DNA from: an uncultured Clostridia bacterium
Lineage (GTDB): Bacteria > Bacillota > Clostridia > UBA1381
DNA: 64,000 nucleotides
Direction: 5' to 3'
Assembly (NCBI GenBank): GCA_934486735.1
Contig: CAKSQL010000005.1
Span: forward strand, 22,644-86,643
The translations under genes were made by a program, and so were the position numbers. Each line of letters begins with the position of its first letter. Position 1 is the stretch's first letter. Positions 39,130 to 47,604 of the stretch are shown here, piece after piece. Under the pieces are notes generated by a model. That model ran no database searches, was not told the origin of the DNA, and saw only the letters and a list, made by a program, of their open reading frames with translations.

Positions 39130-40275
39130 TTATTCGGTCAAAAGTGCCGAAATCACCTCCGCCATGCGCGTTCCGCCGCGTATAGCCTCATCGAGAGTGT
39201 TCCCGTTTGAGCCGACCTCGATTATAAGGCTGCCTGTCGAAGCCTGCTGATTAAATCGCTCCTCACGCAGGATAATCGGGCGCATAAGTCCGGGGTACAT
39301 TTGATTTGCTTTCCGCTGAATTTTGCATGCCAATTTCATATTCTCGCGCCAGTTATCGTGCGTCAGAACCGCATTCGAGCCGACCACAAACATACACTGG
39401 GCGGTCTTTTCGCCCGATATATCACATGCGACCTTGACCTTTGTTCCGTCCTCCCTGACAATTCCGTCGCGGTGAACATCCAGCACGATTTTTATCGACG
39501 GCGCGGCGGCAAGATTTGCTTTGATTGTCGCCATTGCACGAGTATATGCGCCGTTGAAGGACGGATAGTCGTGAACGGTGGTATCATGCACCGTCATAAT
39601 TTTTTTCGAATTAAACACGTCCGCCATTGCATTTCCGACGGCGACAATATTCTTGCTCTCGTCAAGATTTCTGTCAGATTCGCTTGTCAGATATTTATTG
39701 GTATCGCTGTCGGTAAAGCTTTCGGTCGTGTGCGTATGCAGAATCAGAATCTGCGGCTCTCCGCCGGTATTGACCTTAAATCCGAGCGGCTCGTTTGCAA
39801 GAGCGTCCGCATTGACATCTATGCTCGTCCTGTTGGAAATTTTCATCTCGCCGACCGAGTGCGATTCTGCAATCGGTTTTTCCTCCGGCGGCGGAGTGCT
39901 TTCGGCAGACGGCTTTGGCGGATTCGGCTGCTCCGGCGCGGGCGTCGGTGTGATTTTTGCGGCAAGCTCCTCGGAAAATATGGGCGAATACTCGCCGATT
40001 ATGCTCTTCGCATCCTTTATATCAAATCCGAGTGCTGCCCTTATAAAATCTCCCGGCGACATATGCTCCTCATCGCTGTGCAGCTCGGAGGAAATGACCG
40101 TTTTGTAAAAGCTGTCCGACAGTGCAAGCTGCTGCTTTGAAACCGAAAAAAGTCCGGCAATTCCCCAAACAGTGAGCGCCGCGGCGGCTGCGCAGAGGAT
40201 TTTTGTAATTATTTTAATCTTTGTCCCGTTGATTACTATGGTCTTGAATCTTGTCCCATTGTTCTTCACTGCCAT
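39130..40275 (-). CDS. spoIIP: Stage II sporulation protein P
   Basis: SpoIIP motifs ILILHTHTTESF and IKIVLDVHRDG, plus an N-terminal TM segment. I moved the start to MAVKNNG (ATG 40275, SD AAAGGAA 5 nt upstream). The ORF-track start at 40434 has no SD. Confidence 0.85.
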   Translation of the reverse strand: MAVKNNGTRFKTIVINGTKIKIITKILCAAAAALTVWGIAGLFSVSKQQLALSDSFYKTVISSELHSDEEHMSPGDFIRAALGFDIKDAKSIIGEYSPIFSEELAAKITPTPAPEQPNPPKPSAESTPPPEEKPIAESHSVGEMKISNRTSIDVNADALANEPLGFKVNTGGEPQILILHTHTTESFTDSDTNKYLTSESDRNLDESKNIVAVGNAMADVFNSKKIMTVHDTTVHDYPSFNGAYTRAMATIKANLAAAPSIKIVLDVHRDGIVREDGTKVKVACDISGEKTAQCMFVVGSNAVLTHDNWRENMKLACKIQRKANQMYPGLMRPIILREERFNQQASTGSLIIEVGSNGNTLDEAIRGGTRMAEVISALLTE

Positions 40276-40372
40276 ACCATTCCTTTGCAATAAAATCAAT
40301 TCCCGGCGAATAGGCTTTGTTTTATTAATACTTGAAAATCTCACAAAATATTCCATATATTTTAATTTTCCG

Positions 40373-40401
40373 TTGACATAAGTATAATTGCATGATACAA
40401 T
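40373..40401 (+). promoter_or_regulatory. Sigma-A-type promoter TTGACA-17-TACAAT with TG extended -10
   Basis: TTGACA at 40373..40378, a 17-nt spacer ending in TGA, and TACAAT at 40396..40401. It lies upstream of the GNAT gene. Confidence 0.55.
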
Positions 40402-40460
40402 AGACAGCAGTGCTATATGGCTTTTTTGCAGCATAAAAATTACCGATTGGAGATTGATTT

Positions 40461-41207
40461 ATGGAATACATTCAAGTTACAAAGGAAAATATCGAAAAAG
40501 AACATATCTGCTGCGCCATTTCAAGCAACAAAGACATACAGGTTTCGTCAAAAAAGGCATGGCTGTCCGAGCGGTTTGATGACGGTTTGGTATTTTTAAA
40601 AAGCGTTGAGCGCGGAAAATGCTTTATCGAATATATCCCTGCCGAAAATGCGTGGGTACCGATTTCGGCGGACGGATATATGTACATCGACTGTCTGTGG
40701 ATATCCGGCGCGTTCAAAGGGCATGGATATTCGACCGACCTGCTCAACTTTTGCATAGCCGACAGCAAGAAAAAAGGGGAAATCGGCTTATGCATATTAT
40801 CCTCCGCCAAAAAGCGCGGCTTTCTCGCCGATCCGAAATTTTTGACTCACAAGGGATTTTCGGTCTGCGATAAAGCGGACAACGGGATCGAACTTTGGTA
40901 TCTCCCCTTTGACAGCTCTGCGCCGAAGCCGCAGTTTAAGCCATGCGCAAAAAGTGCGCACATTGACGATGCCGGCTTTGTTCTTTACTACACCAACCAA
41001 TGTCCGTTCACCGCGAAATATGTCCCGATAATCGAAAATATCGCAAGGGAACGCGGAATTACCTTTCGCGCAGTCCGTATCGAAACAAAGGAGCAGGCGC
41101 AAAATGCCCCCTCCCCGACCACTACCTATGCCCTGTTTTGGGACGGAGAATATGTGACAAATGAAATTTTATCCGACAAAAAATTTCTTAAACTGATAGG
41201 AGAATAA
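40461..41207 (+). CDS. GNAT-family N-acetyltransferase with YoaP-like C-terminal domain
   Basis: The N-terminus is MEYIQVTKENIEKEHICCAISS...AWLSERF and the acetyltransferase core is WISGAFKGHGYSTDLL. The C-terminal ~80 aa are thioredoxin-like. The family assignment is from memory of YoaP-type proteins. Confidence 0.6.
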   Translation: MEYIQVTKENIEKEHICCAISSNKDIQVSSKKAWLSERFDDGLVFLKSVERGKCFIEYIPAENAWVPISADGYMYIDCLWISGAFKGHGYSTDLLNFCIADSKKKGEIGLCILSSAKKRGFLADPKFLTHKGFSVCDKADNGIELWYLPFDSSAPKPQFKPCAKSAHIDDAGFVLYYTNQCPFTAKYVPIIENIARERGITFRAVRIETKEQAQNAPSPTTTYALFWDGEYVTNEILSDKKFLKLIGE

Positions 41208-41294
41208 TAAAAATATAACACCACAAAGCAAAAAATGTCATGAAAGAGTTCTTGAATTGTAGTATAATGAGTATAGTCGAAAGGAGGAAATGAC

Positions 41295-42173
41295 ATGGAC
41301 TGGATTACGGGCTTGCAGCGCGCACTCGATTATGTGGAGGAAAATATAACCGAGCAAATCGATTACGAGGAGGCTGCAAAGAGAGCTTATTCTTCAAGCT
41401 TTCACTTTCAGCGCGTGTTCAGCGCGATATGCGGCTTTACACTGGGCGATTATATCCGCTTTCGAAGATTATCGCTTGCCGGCAGCGAGCTTGCATCGAC
41501 CGACCGAAAGGTGATTGATGTCGCTCTTAAATACGGATATGACACACCCGAGAGCTTCTCGCGCGCATTCACACGCTTTCATGGAATCTCACCGTCCGCC
41601 GCCAAGCATGGTGCGAATTTAAAATCATTTTCCCGTCTTTCGGTAAAACTTATTTTAAACGGAGGTACTGTCATGGACTACAGAATAGAAAAGAAAGACT
41701 CATTTGACGTTGTTTTGAGAAAAAAGCAATTCCCCAAGGCTCACGAAATCACGACAAAGGAAATTGCAAAGTTCTGGGCGGAGTGCAGCTCAGACGGGAC
41801 GATTCCCGCAATATGCAAGTATATTCCAAAGGACAATATTTTTGACAAGTGCATTATCGGAGTGAGCTTTAATGCCGACGGGACATTTTTAGGCTCGGAC
41901 TTCCCCTACGGAATCGGCGCGCACTATAACGGCGAGGCAATCACCGAGGACTATCTGACGGTTGAGACCATTCCGGCTCATACCTACGCGGTCTTTAAAT
42001 GCGTCGGTCCGATGCCCGAGGCGTTCCAAAAGGTGTATAAGTACATCTGCACCGAGTTTTTCCCGGCGAGCGAATACAAGCCCTGCGGGATAGAGATTGA
42101 AAGCTATCCGTCCGCCGACACAAAAAATGCCGACTACACATGCGAAGTATGGATTGCAATAGAAAAAAAGTAA
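41295..42173 (+). CDS. AraC-family transcriptional regulator with GyrI-like effector-binding domain
   Basis: The N-terminal HTH_AraC reads YSSSFHFQRVFSAICGFTLGDYIRFRRL...ALKYGYDTPESFSRAFTRFHGISPS. The C-terminal domain is GyrI/SbmC-like. Confidence 0.8.
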   Translation: MDWITGLQRALDYVEENITEQIDYEEAAKRAYSSSFHFQRVFSAICGFTLGDYIRFRRLSLAGSELASTDRKVIDVALKYGYDTPESFSRAFTRFHGISPSAAKHGANLKSFSRLSVKLILNGGTVMDYRIEKKDSFDVVLRKKQFPKAHEITTKEIAKFWAECSSDGTIPAICKYIPKDNIFDKCIIGVSFNADGTFLGSDFPYGIGAHYNGEAITEDYLTVETIPAHTYAVFKCVGPMPEAFQKVYKYICTEFFPASEYKPCGIEIESYPSADTKNADYTCEVWIAIEKK

Positions 42174-42187
42174 ATAAAAAATACGAT

Positions 42188-42217
42188 AGCGGCGTGCAAA
42201 ATGTGCGCCGCTTTTTT
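42188..42217 (+). terminator. Intrinsic terminator
   Basis: Stem AGCGGCG/CGCCGCT followed by TTTTTTG. Confidence 0.65.
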
Positions 42218-42351
42218 GCCGCTCATTAAACTTTAAATACCAACTCCGACTTTTTTGCCGCCGATATGTATAATAATATGTTTTTTTTAACAAAAAGTAT
42301 ATACTAACCCCATAAAATGTGATAAAATAAAGATATAAATTACTTACAATC

Positions 42352-43227
42352 ATGAAAGGTTACGATTTTATGTGGATTTTACTTGCAATTATGTCGGCAT
42401 TTTTTGCCGGAGTGACCGCCGTCCTCTCGAAAGTCGGAATGAAGAATATCAACTCAAATCTCGGGACAGCCGTACGAACCATAGTTGTTTTGATATTTGC
42501 GTGGCTGATGGTCTTTGTTGTCGGAGCGCAGGACGGTATTTCGCAGATAAGCGCAAAAACACTTGTCTTTCTGATTTTGTCGGGACTTGCGACAGGCGCG
42601 TCATGGCTTTGCTATTTCCACGCGCTCAAATACGGAGACGTGAACAAGGTCGTGCCGATTGACAAGTCAAGCACCGTTTTGACAATGATACTCGCTTTTA
42701 TATTCCTGCATGAACAGCTTACGCTGCTCAAAGCAGTCTGTATCGTCTTAATCGGTGCAGGTACATATCTTATGATTGAAAAGCGCAGCGACACCGCCGG
42801 GGCAAAGCGTTCGGACTGGCTTTTGTGGGCAGTGTTGTCGGCGTTTTTTGCGGCGCTCGTTTCAATTTTGGGCAAGGTGGGAATTTCGGATATTTCCTCG
42901 GTCCTCGGGACGGCAATCCGCACCCTTGTCGTCCTGATAATGGCATGGGTTGTCGTTTGGGTGACAAAAAGCGGACATGGCATAAAAGCTATATCGGGAA
43001 AGGATTACGCTTTTCTTGTCCTGTCCGGAATAACAACCGGGCTTTCGTGGCTGTGCTATTATGCGGCTCTCAAAAGTGGGCCTGCAAGCGTGGTTGCTCC
43101 GATAGACAAGCTGAGCATATTGGTAACGGCGGCATTTTCATATATTATATTGAAAGAAAAGCTGACAAAAAAATCCTTGCTCGGGCTTATTCTTCTCGTT
43201 GCCGGGACATTATTGCTGCTTATTTAA
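42352..43227 (+). CDS. EamA/DMT-superfamily transporter
   Basis: Ten hydrophobic segments arranged as two EamA-like halves. The alternative start is ATG 42370. Confidence 0.8.
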   Translation: MKGYDFMWILLAIMSAFFAGVTAVLSKVGMKNINSNLGTAVRTIVVLIFAWLMVFVVGAQDGISQISAKTLVFLILSGLATGASWLCYFHALKYGDVNKVVPIDKSSTVLTMILAFIFLHEQLTLLKAVCIVLIGAGTYLMIEKRSDTAGAKRSDWLLWAVLSAFFAALVSILGKVGISDISSVLGTAIRTLVVLIMAWVVVWVTKSGHGIKAISGKDYAFLVLSGITTGLSWLCYYAALKSGPASVVAPIDKLSILVTAAFSYIILKEKLTKKSLLGLILLVAGTLLLLI

Positions 43228-43350
43228 AAAAATCCAACCAAACCGCATTTCTGTTCGTATGACAAATTAAAAGCAATCACCGATGTGAACGAAAAGGAAA
43301 TCATCAATCTTTCGCTTTTAAGTCAAATGCCACGCTCGGCACGCAAAAAA

Positions 43351-43382
43351 AGCCCAAAACCCGTTTTGACGGGTTTTGGGCT
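43351..43382. terminator. Bidirectional intrinsic terminator between convergent genes
   Basis: Perfect 13-bp stem AGCCCAAAACCCG/CGGGTTTTGGGCT with an A-run before it and a T-run after it. Confidence 0.8.
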
Positions 43383-43398
43383 TTTCAAAATTATCTTC

Positions 43399-45159
43399 CT
43401 ATAAATTATACAAATGCGCGTATATTCCATTTTTCTCCAAAAGCTCCTTGTGCGTTCCTTTCTCCTCGATTCCTTTTTCGGTCAGCACAAGAATTGTATC
43501 GGCACTTTTAATTGTGGAAAGCCGATGCGCGATTGTGAACACCGTCCTGCCCTTTGCAAGCTCTTCAAGCGAGTGCTGCACTATCTTTTCGCTCTCGTTA
43601 TCCAATGCCGAGGTCGCCTCATCCAAAAGCAGCACCGGAGGATTCTTCAAAAACACGCGCGCAATACTTATTCTCTGCTTTTGTCCTCCGGAAAGCTTAA
43701 CCCCGCGCTCTCCCACATAGGTATCATAGCCAAAGGGCAGCGCACGAATAAATTCGTCCGCTCCGGCGCGCTTTGCCGCAGCCACAATCTCATCGATATC
43801 CGCGCCCGGCTTGCCATATGCGATATTCTCGCCCACAGTGCCCGAGAAAAGATAAACCTCCTGCTGAACAACGCCTATCCGATTCCTGAGCGAGCTTAAT
43901 GTCACATCTCTTATATCCTTTCCGTCTATCGTGATTCTTCCGCCGGTGACATCGTAAAATCTCGGAATAAGGTTGCATATCGTAGTCTTTCCGCTGCCCG
44001 ACGGTCCGACCAGAGCGACCGACGAGCCTGCCGGGATTTTAAGATTGATATTGCTCAGCACGTCCTTATCCGCTCCCGAGTAGCGAAAGCTGACATTTTC
44101 AAAATCTATATTGCCCTCAACCTCGCCCAGTTCCTCGGCATTTTCCTTATCGACAATCTCTGCCGGAGTATCCATTATCTCAATAAATCTCTCGATTCCG
44201 GTCATTCCCCGCTGGAACTGCTCGGTAAACTCTATCAGCGTTCTTATCGATGTCAAAAGCGTGCTGACATAGAGCAGATATGCCATCATATCCGCCGCGG
44301 TGATTTTTTGGTGAATCATAAAAACAGAGCCTGCCGCAATAACGGTTATGTACATGAATCCCTCAAAAAACCGCGTTGTGCACTGAAAGCCTGCCATATA
44401 CTTATACGCGTCCTTTTTTATATCGCGGAAAAGCATATTTCCACTGTCGAACTTGTCCATTTCTATGTCCTCGTTGGCAAAGGATTTAACCACTCTCACG
44501 CCCAAAAGGCTGTCCTCCACCTGCGCATTAAGCTCGCCCACCTGCACTCTCGAGCGCTTGAACGCGTCGCGCATTTTTCCGCGAAAGCTCATCGAGCAAA
44601 AAAGCATCAGGGGCAGAATCAAAAATATTATAAGCGTCAGATATGGGTTGACCGTAAAAAGCACGATAAACGCAACAATCACCTTTACGCCCGTTATGAA
44701 AAGCGACTCGGGACAGTGGTGCGCAAACTCGGTTATATCGAACAAATCGCTTGTTATTCTCGACATTATCTGCCCTATCTTCGCTTCGGAAAAATACGAA
44801 TATGACAGTGTCTGCAGATGTGAAAACAGGTCGTGGCGCATGTCGCTTTCAAGCTTAACGCCCATGACATGCCCGGTATTCGCCATATAAAAATTCGCCG
44901 CGGTATCGATAATTCTCAAAATCATATAAATCACGCTGATTATAACAACGGTTTTCACCGTCAGCTCGGCAATATTGCGCATAGCCGTATTGGTGATATA
45001 TCGCACCATCATCGGGAAAACCAGCTCGCACACCGTTGTGAGCGATGCGCAGAGCAGATCGGCAATCAAAGTCCATTTATATTTTTTATAGTACGGCACA
45101 AATCTTTTAATCAAATATGAAGTTTTGTATTTTTCCGTAGTTTTCATCTTTATAACCAT
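43399..45159 (-). CDS. ABC exporter, fused permease/ATPase (homodimer type)
   Basis: Walker A is GPSGSGKTT, the signature is LSGGQKQR and Walker B is VLLLDEATSALD. I placed the start at MVIKMKTTEKYK (45159, or 45147). The ORF-track extension to 45276 reads through the structured repeat. Confidence 0.9.
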   Translation of the reverse strand: MVIKMKTTEKYKTSYLIKRFVPYYKKYKWTLIADLLCASLTTVCELVFPMMVRYITNTAMRNIAELTVKTVVIISVIYMILRIIDTAANFYMANTGHVMGVKLESDMRHDLFSHLQTLSYSYFSEAKIGQIMSRITSDLFDITEFAHHCPESLFITGVKVIVAFIVLFTVNPYLTLIIFLILPLMLFCSMSFRGKMRDAFKRSRVQVGELNAQVEDSLLGVRVVKSFANEDIEMDKFDSGNMLFRDIKKDAYKYMAGFQCTTRFFEGFMYITVIAAGSVFMIHQKITAADMMAYLLYVSTLLTSIRTLIEFTEQFQRGMTGIERFIEIMDTPAEIVDKENAEELGEVEGNIDFENVSFRYSGADKDVLSNINLKIPAGSSVALVGPSGSGKTTICNLIPRFYDVTGGRITIDGKDIRDVTLSSLRNRIGVVQQEVYLFSGTVGENIAYGKPGADIDEIVAAAKRAGADEFIRALPFGYDTYVGERGVKLSGGQKQRISIARVFLKNPPVLLLDEATSALDNESEKIVQHSLEELAKGRTVFTIAHRLSTIKSADTILVLTEKGIEEKGTHKELLEKNGIYAHLYNL

Positions 45160-45449
45160 TCCTTTCCGTAAGTCACAAAACTTAAGTCTGAAAGAAAATC
45201 GTTCGCAAGCAGCTGCTTTGCAGTGAGCGGTTGTGCACGAGTCCAAATTTTTAATTCGGAAACAAGAGCTATGCAAGAGCGTTCTAAATCTCCGATTTAG
45301 GTAACGCCACTGCTCTGTACATATGTACTTCTCACTGCGGTTCGGTCACTGAACGGCTCTGACAATTCACCGAATTGTCATTCACTCCCGTTCAGCCGCT
45401 TCGCTCCCCCGAGCAAAAAGCAGCGCTATGGGCGATTTTATTCAGACTT
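45145..45449 (-). repeat. Structured ~300-nt repeat, copy 2 (5' leader + RBS of the ABC exporter gene)
   Basis: It aligns with 9983..10288 (see copy 1). Both copies have the same orientation relative to their downstream gene. Confidence 0.85.
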
Positions 45450-45569
45450 TTCACCCTTTTCATTTTTTTACAATCTGTCTAAAAAATTATAACACATCTT
45501 TCGCGTTAAATCAAGTATATGCGCCCATATCCGTCACAAATTTTGTGTATTTTTCACAAAAAAATATTT

Positions 45570-45583
45570 CGAACGTTCATTCG
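45570..45583. promoter_or_regulatory. LexA (Cheo-box-like) operator candidate CGAAC-GTTC-ATTCG abutting the uvrB -35
   Basis: It matches the Firmicute consensus CGAAC-N4-GTTCG at 9 of 10 defined positions and contains the perfect palindrome GAACGTTC. It lies directly upstream of TTGACT. Confidence 0.5.
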
Positions 45584-45612
45584 TTGACTTTTTTTTAAAA
45601 TAGTGATATACT
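45584..45612 (+). promoter_or_regulatory. Sigma-A-type promoter TTGACT-17-TATACT with TG extended -10 for uvrBA
   Basis: TTGACT at 45584..45589, a 17-nt spacer, TG at 45604..45605 and TATACT at 45607..45612. Confidence 0.6.
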
Positions 45613-45651
45613 ATTATCTGTAGACACATTTTTCAAGGGGGGAATTGCTTT

Positions 45652-47601
45652 ATGGATCATTTTGAGCTTGTATCGGATTTTAAGCCGCATGGCGATCAGC
45701 CGCAGGCGATAGACAAGCTGGTCGAAGGACTCGAAAAGGGCTATGACGCACAGACGCTTTTGGGCGTTACCGGCTCGGGCAAGACCTTTACAATGGCGAA
45801 CGTTATCGCAAGAGTGAACAAGCCGACCCTCGTGCTTGCGCACAACAAAACGCTTGCCGCTCAGCTATGCAGCGAATTTAAGGAGTTTTTCCCCAACAAC
45901 TCGGTTGAGTTTTTTGTCAGCTACTACGACTACTATCAGCCCGAGGCGTACATTCCTCAGACCGACACATTTATCGAAAAGGACGCGTCGATAAACGATG
46001 AGATAGACAAGCTGCGCCACAGCGCCACATTCGCCCTGTTTGAGCGCAGCGATGTAATAATAGTATCGAGCGTATCATGCATATACGGTCTCGGCGACCC
46101 GGAGGACTACAAAAGCCTTATGCTCTCATTGAGAGTCGGCATGCAAAAGGACCGCGATGAGGTTTTGAAAAAACTTGTTGATATGCAATACGAGCGCAAC
46201 GACATCAACTTTATCCGAAACAAATTCCGCGTCCGCGGCGATGTTTTGGAAATATTCCCGTCCAATGACGGCGAAAATGCAATTCGTGTCGAGTTTTTCG
46301 GAGACGAAATCGACCGGATTTCCGAAATAAATGTAACCACCGGCGAGATTATCGGACACAGGCAGCACGTTGTGATTATGCCTGCATCGCACTATGTAAC
46401 CACCGGCGAAAAAATGGCAGTCGCAATCGCCGCAATCGAAGCGGAACTTGAGGAACAGATTGCATATTTCAAGAAAAACAACATGCTTATAGAGGCGCAG
46501 CGAATCGAGCAGCGCACACGCTACGACATCGAAATGATGAAAGAAATCGGCTTTTGCCAGGGAATCGAGAACTATTCGCGCCACATAAGCGGACGCAAGC
46601 CGGGCAGTCCTCCCTACACACTTATCGACTATTTTCCCGAGGACTTTCTTATGATAATAGATGAGTCGCACGTCACCGTCTCGCAGGTCCGCGCCATGTA
46701 CAACGGCGACAGAGCGCGAAAGGAAAGCCTTGTCCGATACGGCTTTCGTCTGCCGTCGGCATTCGACAACCGACCGCTGAAATTTGACGAATTTGAAAAA
46801 AAAATACACCAAGTAATTTTCACAAGCGCAACCCCCGGCGAGTACGAAAAGGAACATTCAAAGGCTGTTGCCGAACAGGTTATCCGCCCGACCGGACTTT
46901 TGGACCCGGAAATAGAAATCCGCCCGGTAACGGGGCAGATAGACGATCTCATTTCCGAAATCAATCTGAGATGCGAAAAAAATCAGCGCGTGCTTGTCAC
47001 CACGCTGACAAAAAAGATGGCGGAAAATCTGACCGACTATCTCACAAGCGTCGGAATCCGTGTCCGATATATGCATTCCGAGGTCAAGACGATAGAGCGG
47101 ACAGAAATTATCCGCGACCTGCGTTTGGGCGAATTTGACGTTCTTGTCGGCATAAATCTGCTGCGTGAGGGACTCGACCTGCCCGAGGTTTCGCTGATTG
47201 CGATACTCGACGCTGACAAGGAAGGCTTCCTCCGAAGTGAGACATCGCTTATACAGACGATAGGCAGAGCAGCGCGAAATGCCGAGGGCAAGGTTATCAT
47301 GTATGCCGACACCGTCACCGGTTCGATGTCGCGCGCGATTTCCGAAACCGAGCGCCGAAGAAAGCTTCAGCAGGAATTTAATGCCGCACATGACATAATT
47401 CCAAAGACAATTCAGAAGAATATACGAAAGATAATCGAATCGACAGAGCCGGTCGAAAGCAGCGGAAAGCTCCCGGAAATCGACCTCGAAACAGTTGTTG
47501 CAAATCTAAAGGACGAAATGCTTGCCGCGGCGGAAAGTCTCGAATTCGAAAGAGCGGCAGAGCTGCGTGACAGGATAAGGCAGCTTACAGGAAAGGAATA
47601 G
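45652..47601 (+). CDS. uvrB: Excinuclease ABC subunit B
   Basis: [17 protein letters not shown], helicase motifs, and the C-terminal UVR domain [13 protein letters not shown]. Confidence 0.95.
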   Translation: MDHFELVSDFKPHGDQPQAIDKLVEGLEKGYDAQTLLGVTGSGKTFTMANVIARVNKPTLVLAHNKTLAAQLCSEFKEFFPNNSVEFFVSYYDYYQPEAYIPQTDTFIEKDASINDEIDKLRHSATFALFERSDVIIVSSVSCIYGLGDPEDYKSLMLSLRVGMQKDRDEVLKKLVDMQYERNDINFIRNKFRVRGDVLEIFPSNDGENAIRVEFFGDEIDRISEINVTTGEIIGHRQHVVIMPASHYVTTGEKMAVAIAAIEAELEEQIAYFKKNNMLIEAQRIEQRTRYDIEMMKEIGFCQGIENYSRHISGRKPGSPPYTLIDYFPEDFLMIIDESHVTVSQVRAMYNGDRARKESLVRYGFRLPSAFDNRPLKFDEFEKKIHQVIFTSATPGEYEKEHSKAVAEQVIRPTGLLDPEIEIRPVTGQIDDLISEINLRCEKNQRVLVTTLTKKMAENLTDYLTSVGIRVRYMHSEVKTIERTEIIRDLRLGEFDVLVGINLLREGLDLPEVSLIAILDADKEGFLRSETSLIQTIGRAARNAEGKVIMYADTVTGSMSRAISETERRRKLQQEFNAAHDIIPKTIQKNIRKIIESTEPVESSGKLPEIDLETVVANLKDEMLAAAESLEFERAAELRDRIRQLTGKE

Positions 47602-47604
47602 GCC

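Noticed and set aside
45160-45276. The N-terminal extension of the ABC exporter ORF (MHSSCFRIKNLDSC...).
   Set aside because: It is a read-through of the structured repeat. The homologous sequence at copy 1 is intergenic. The extension has no SD and a Cys-rich, non-protein-like composition.
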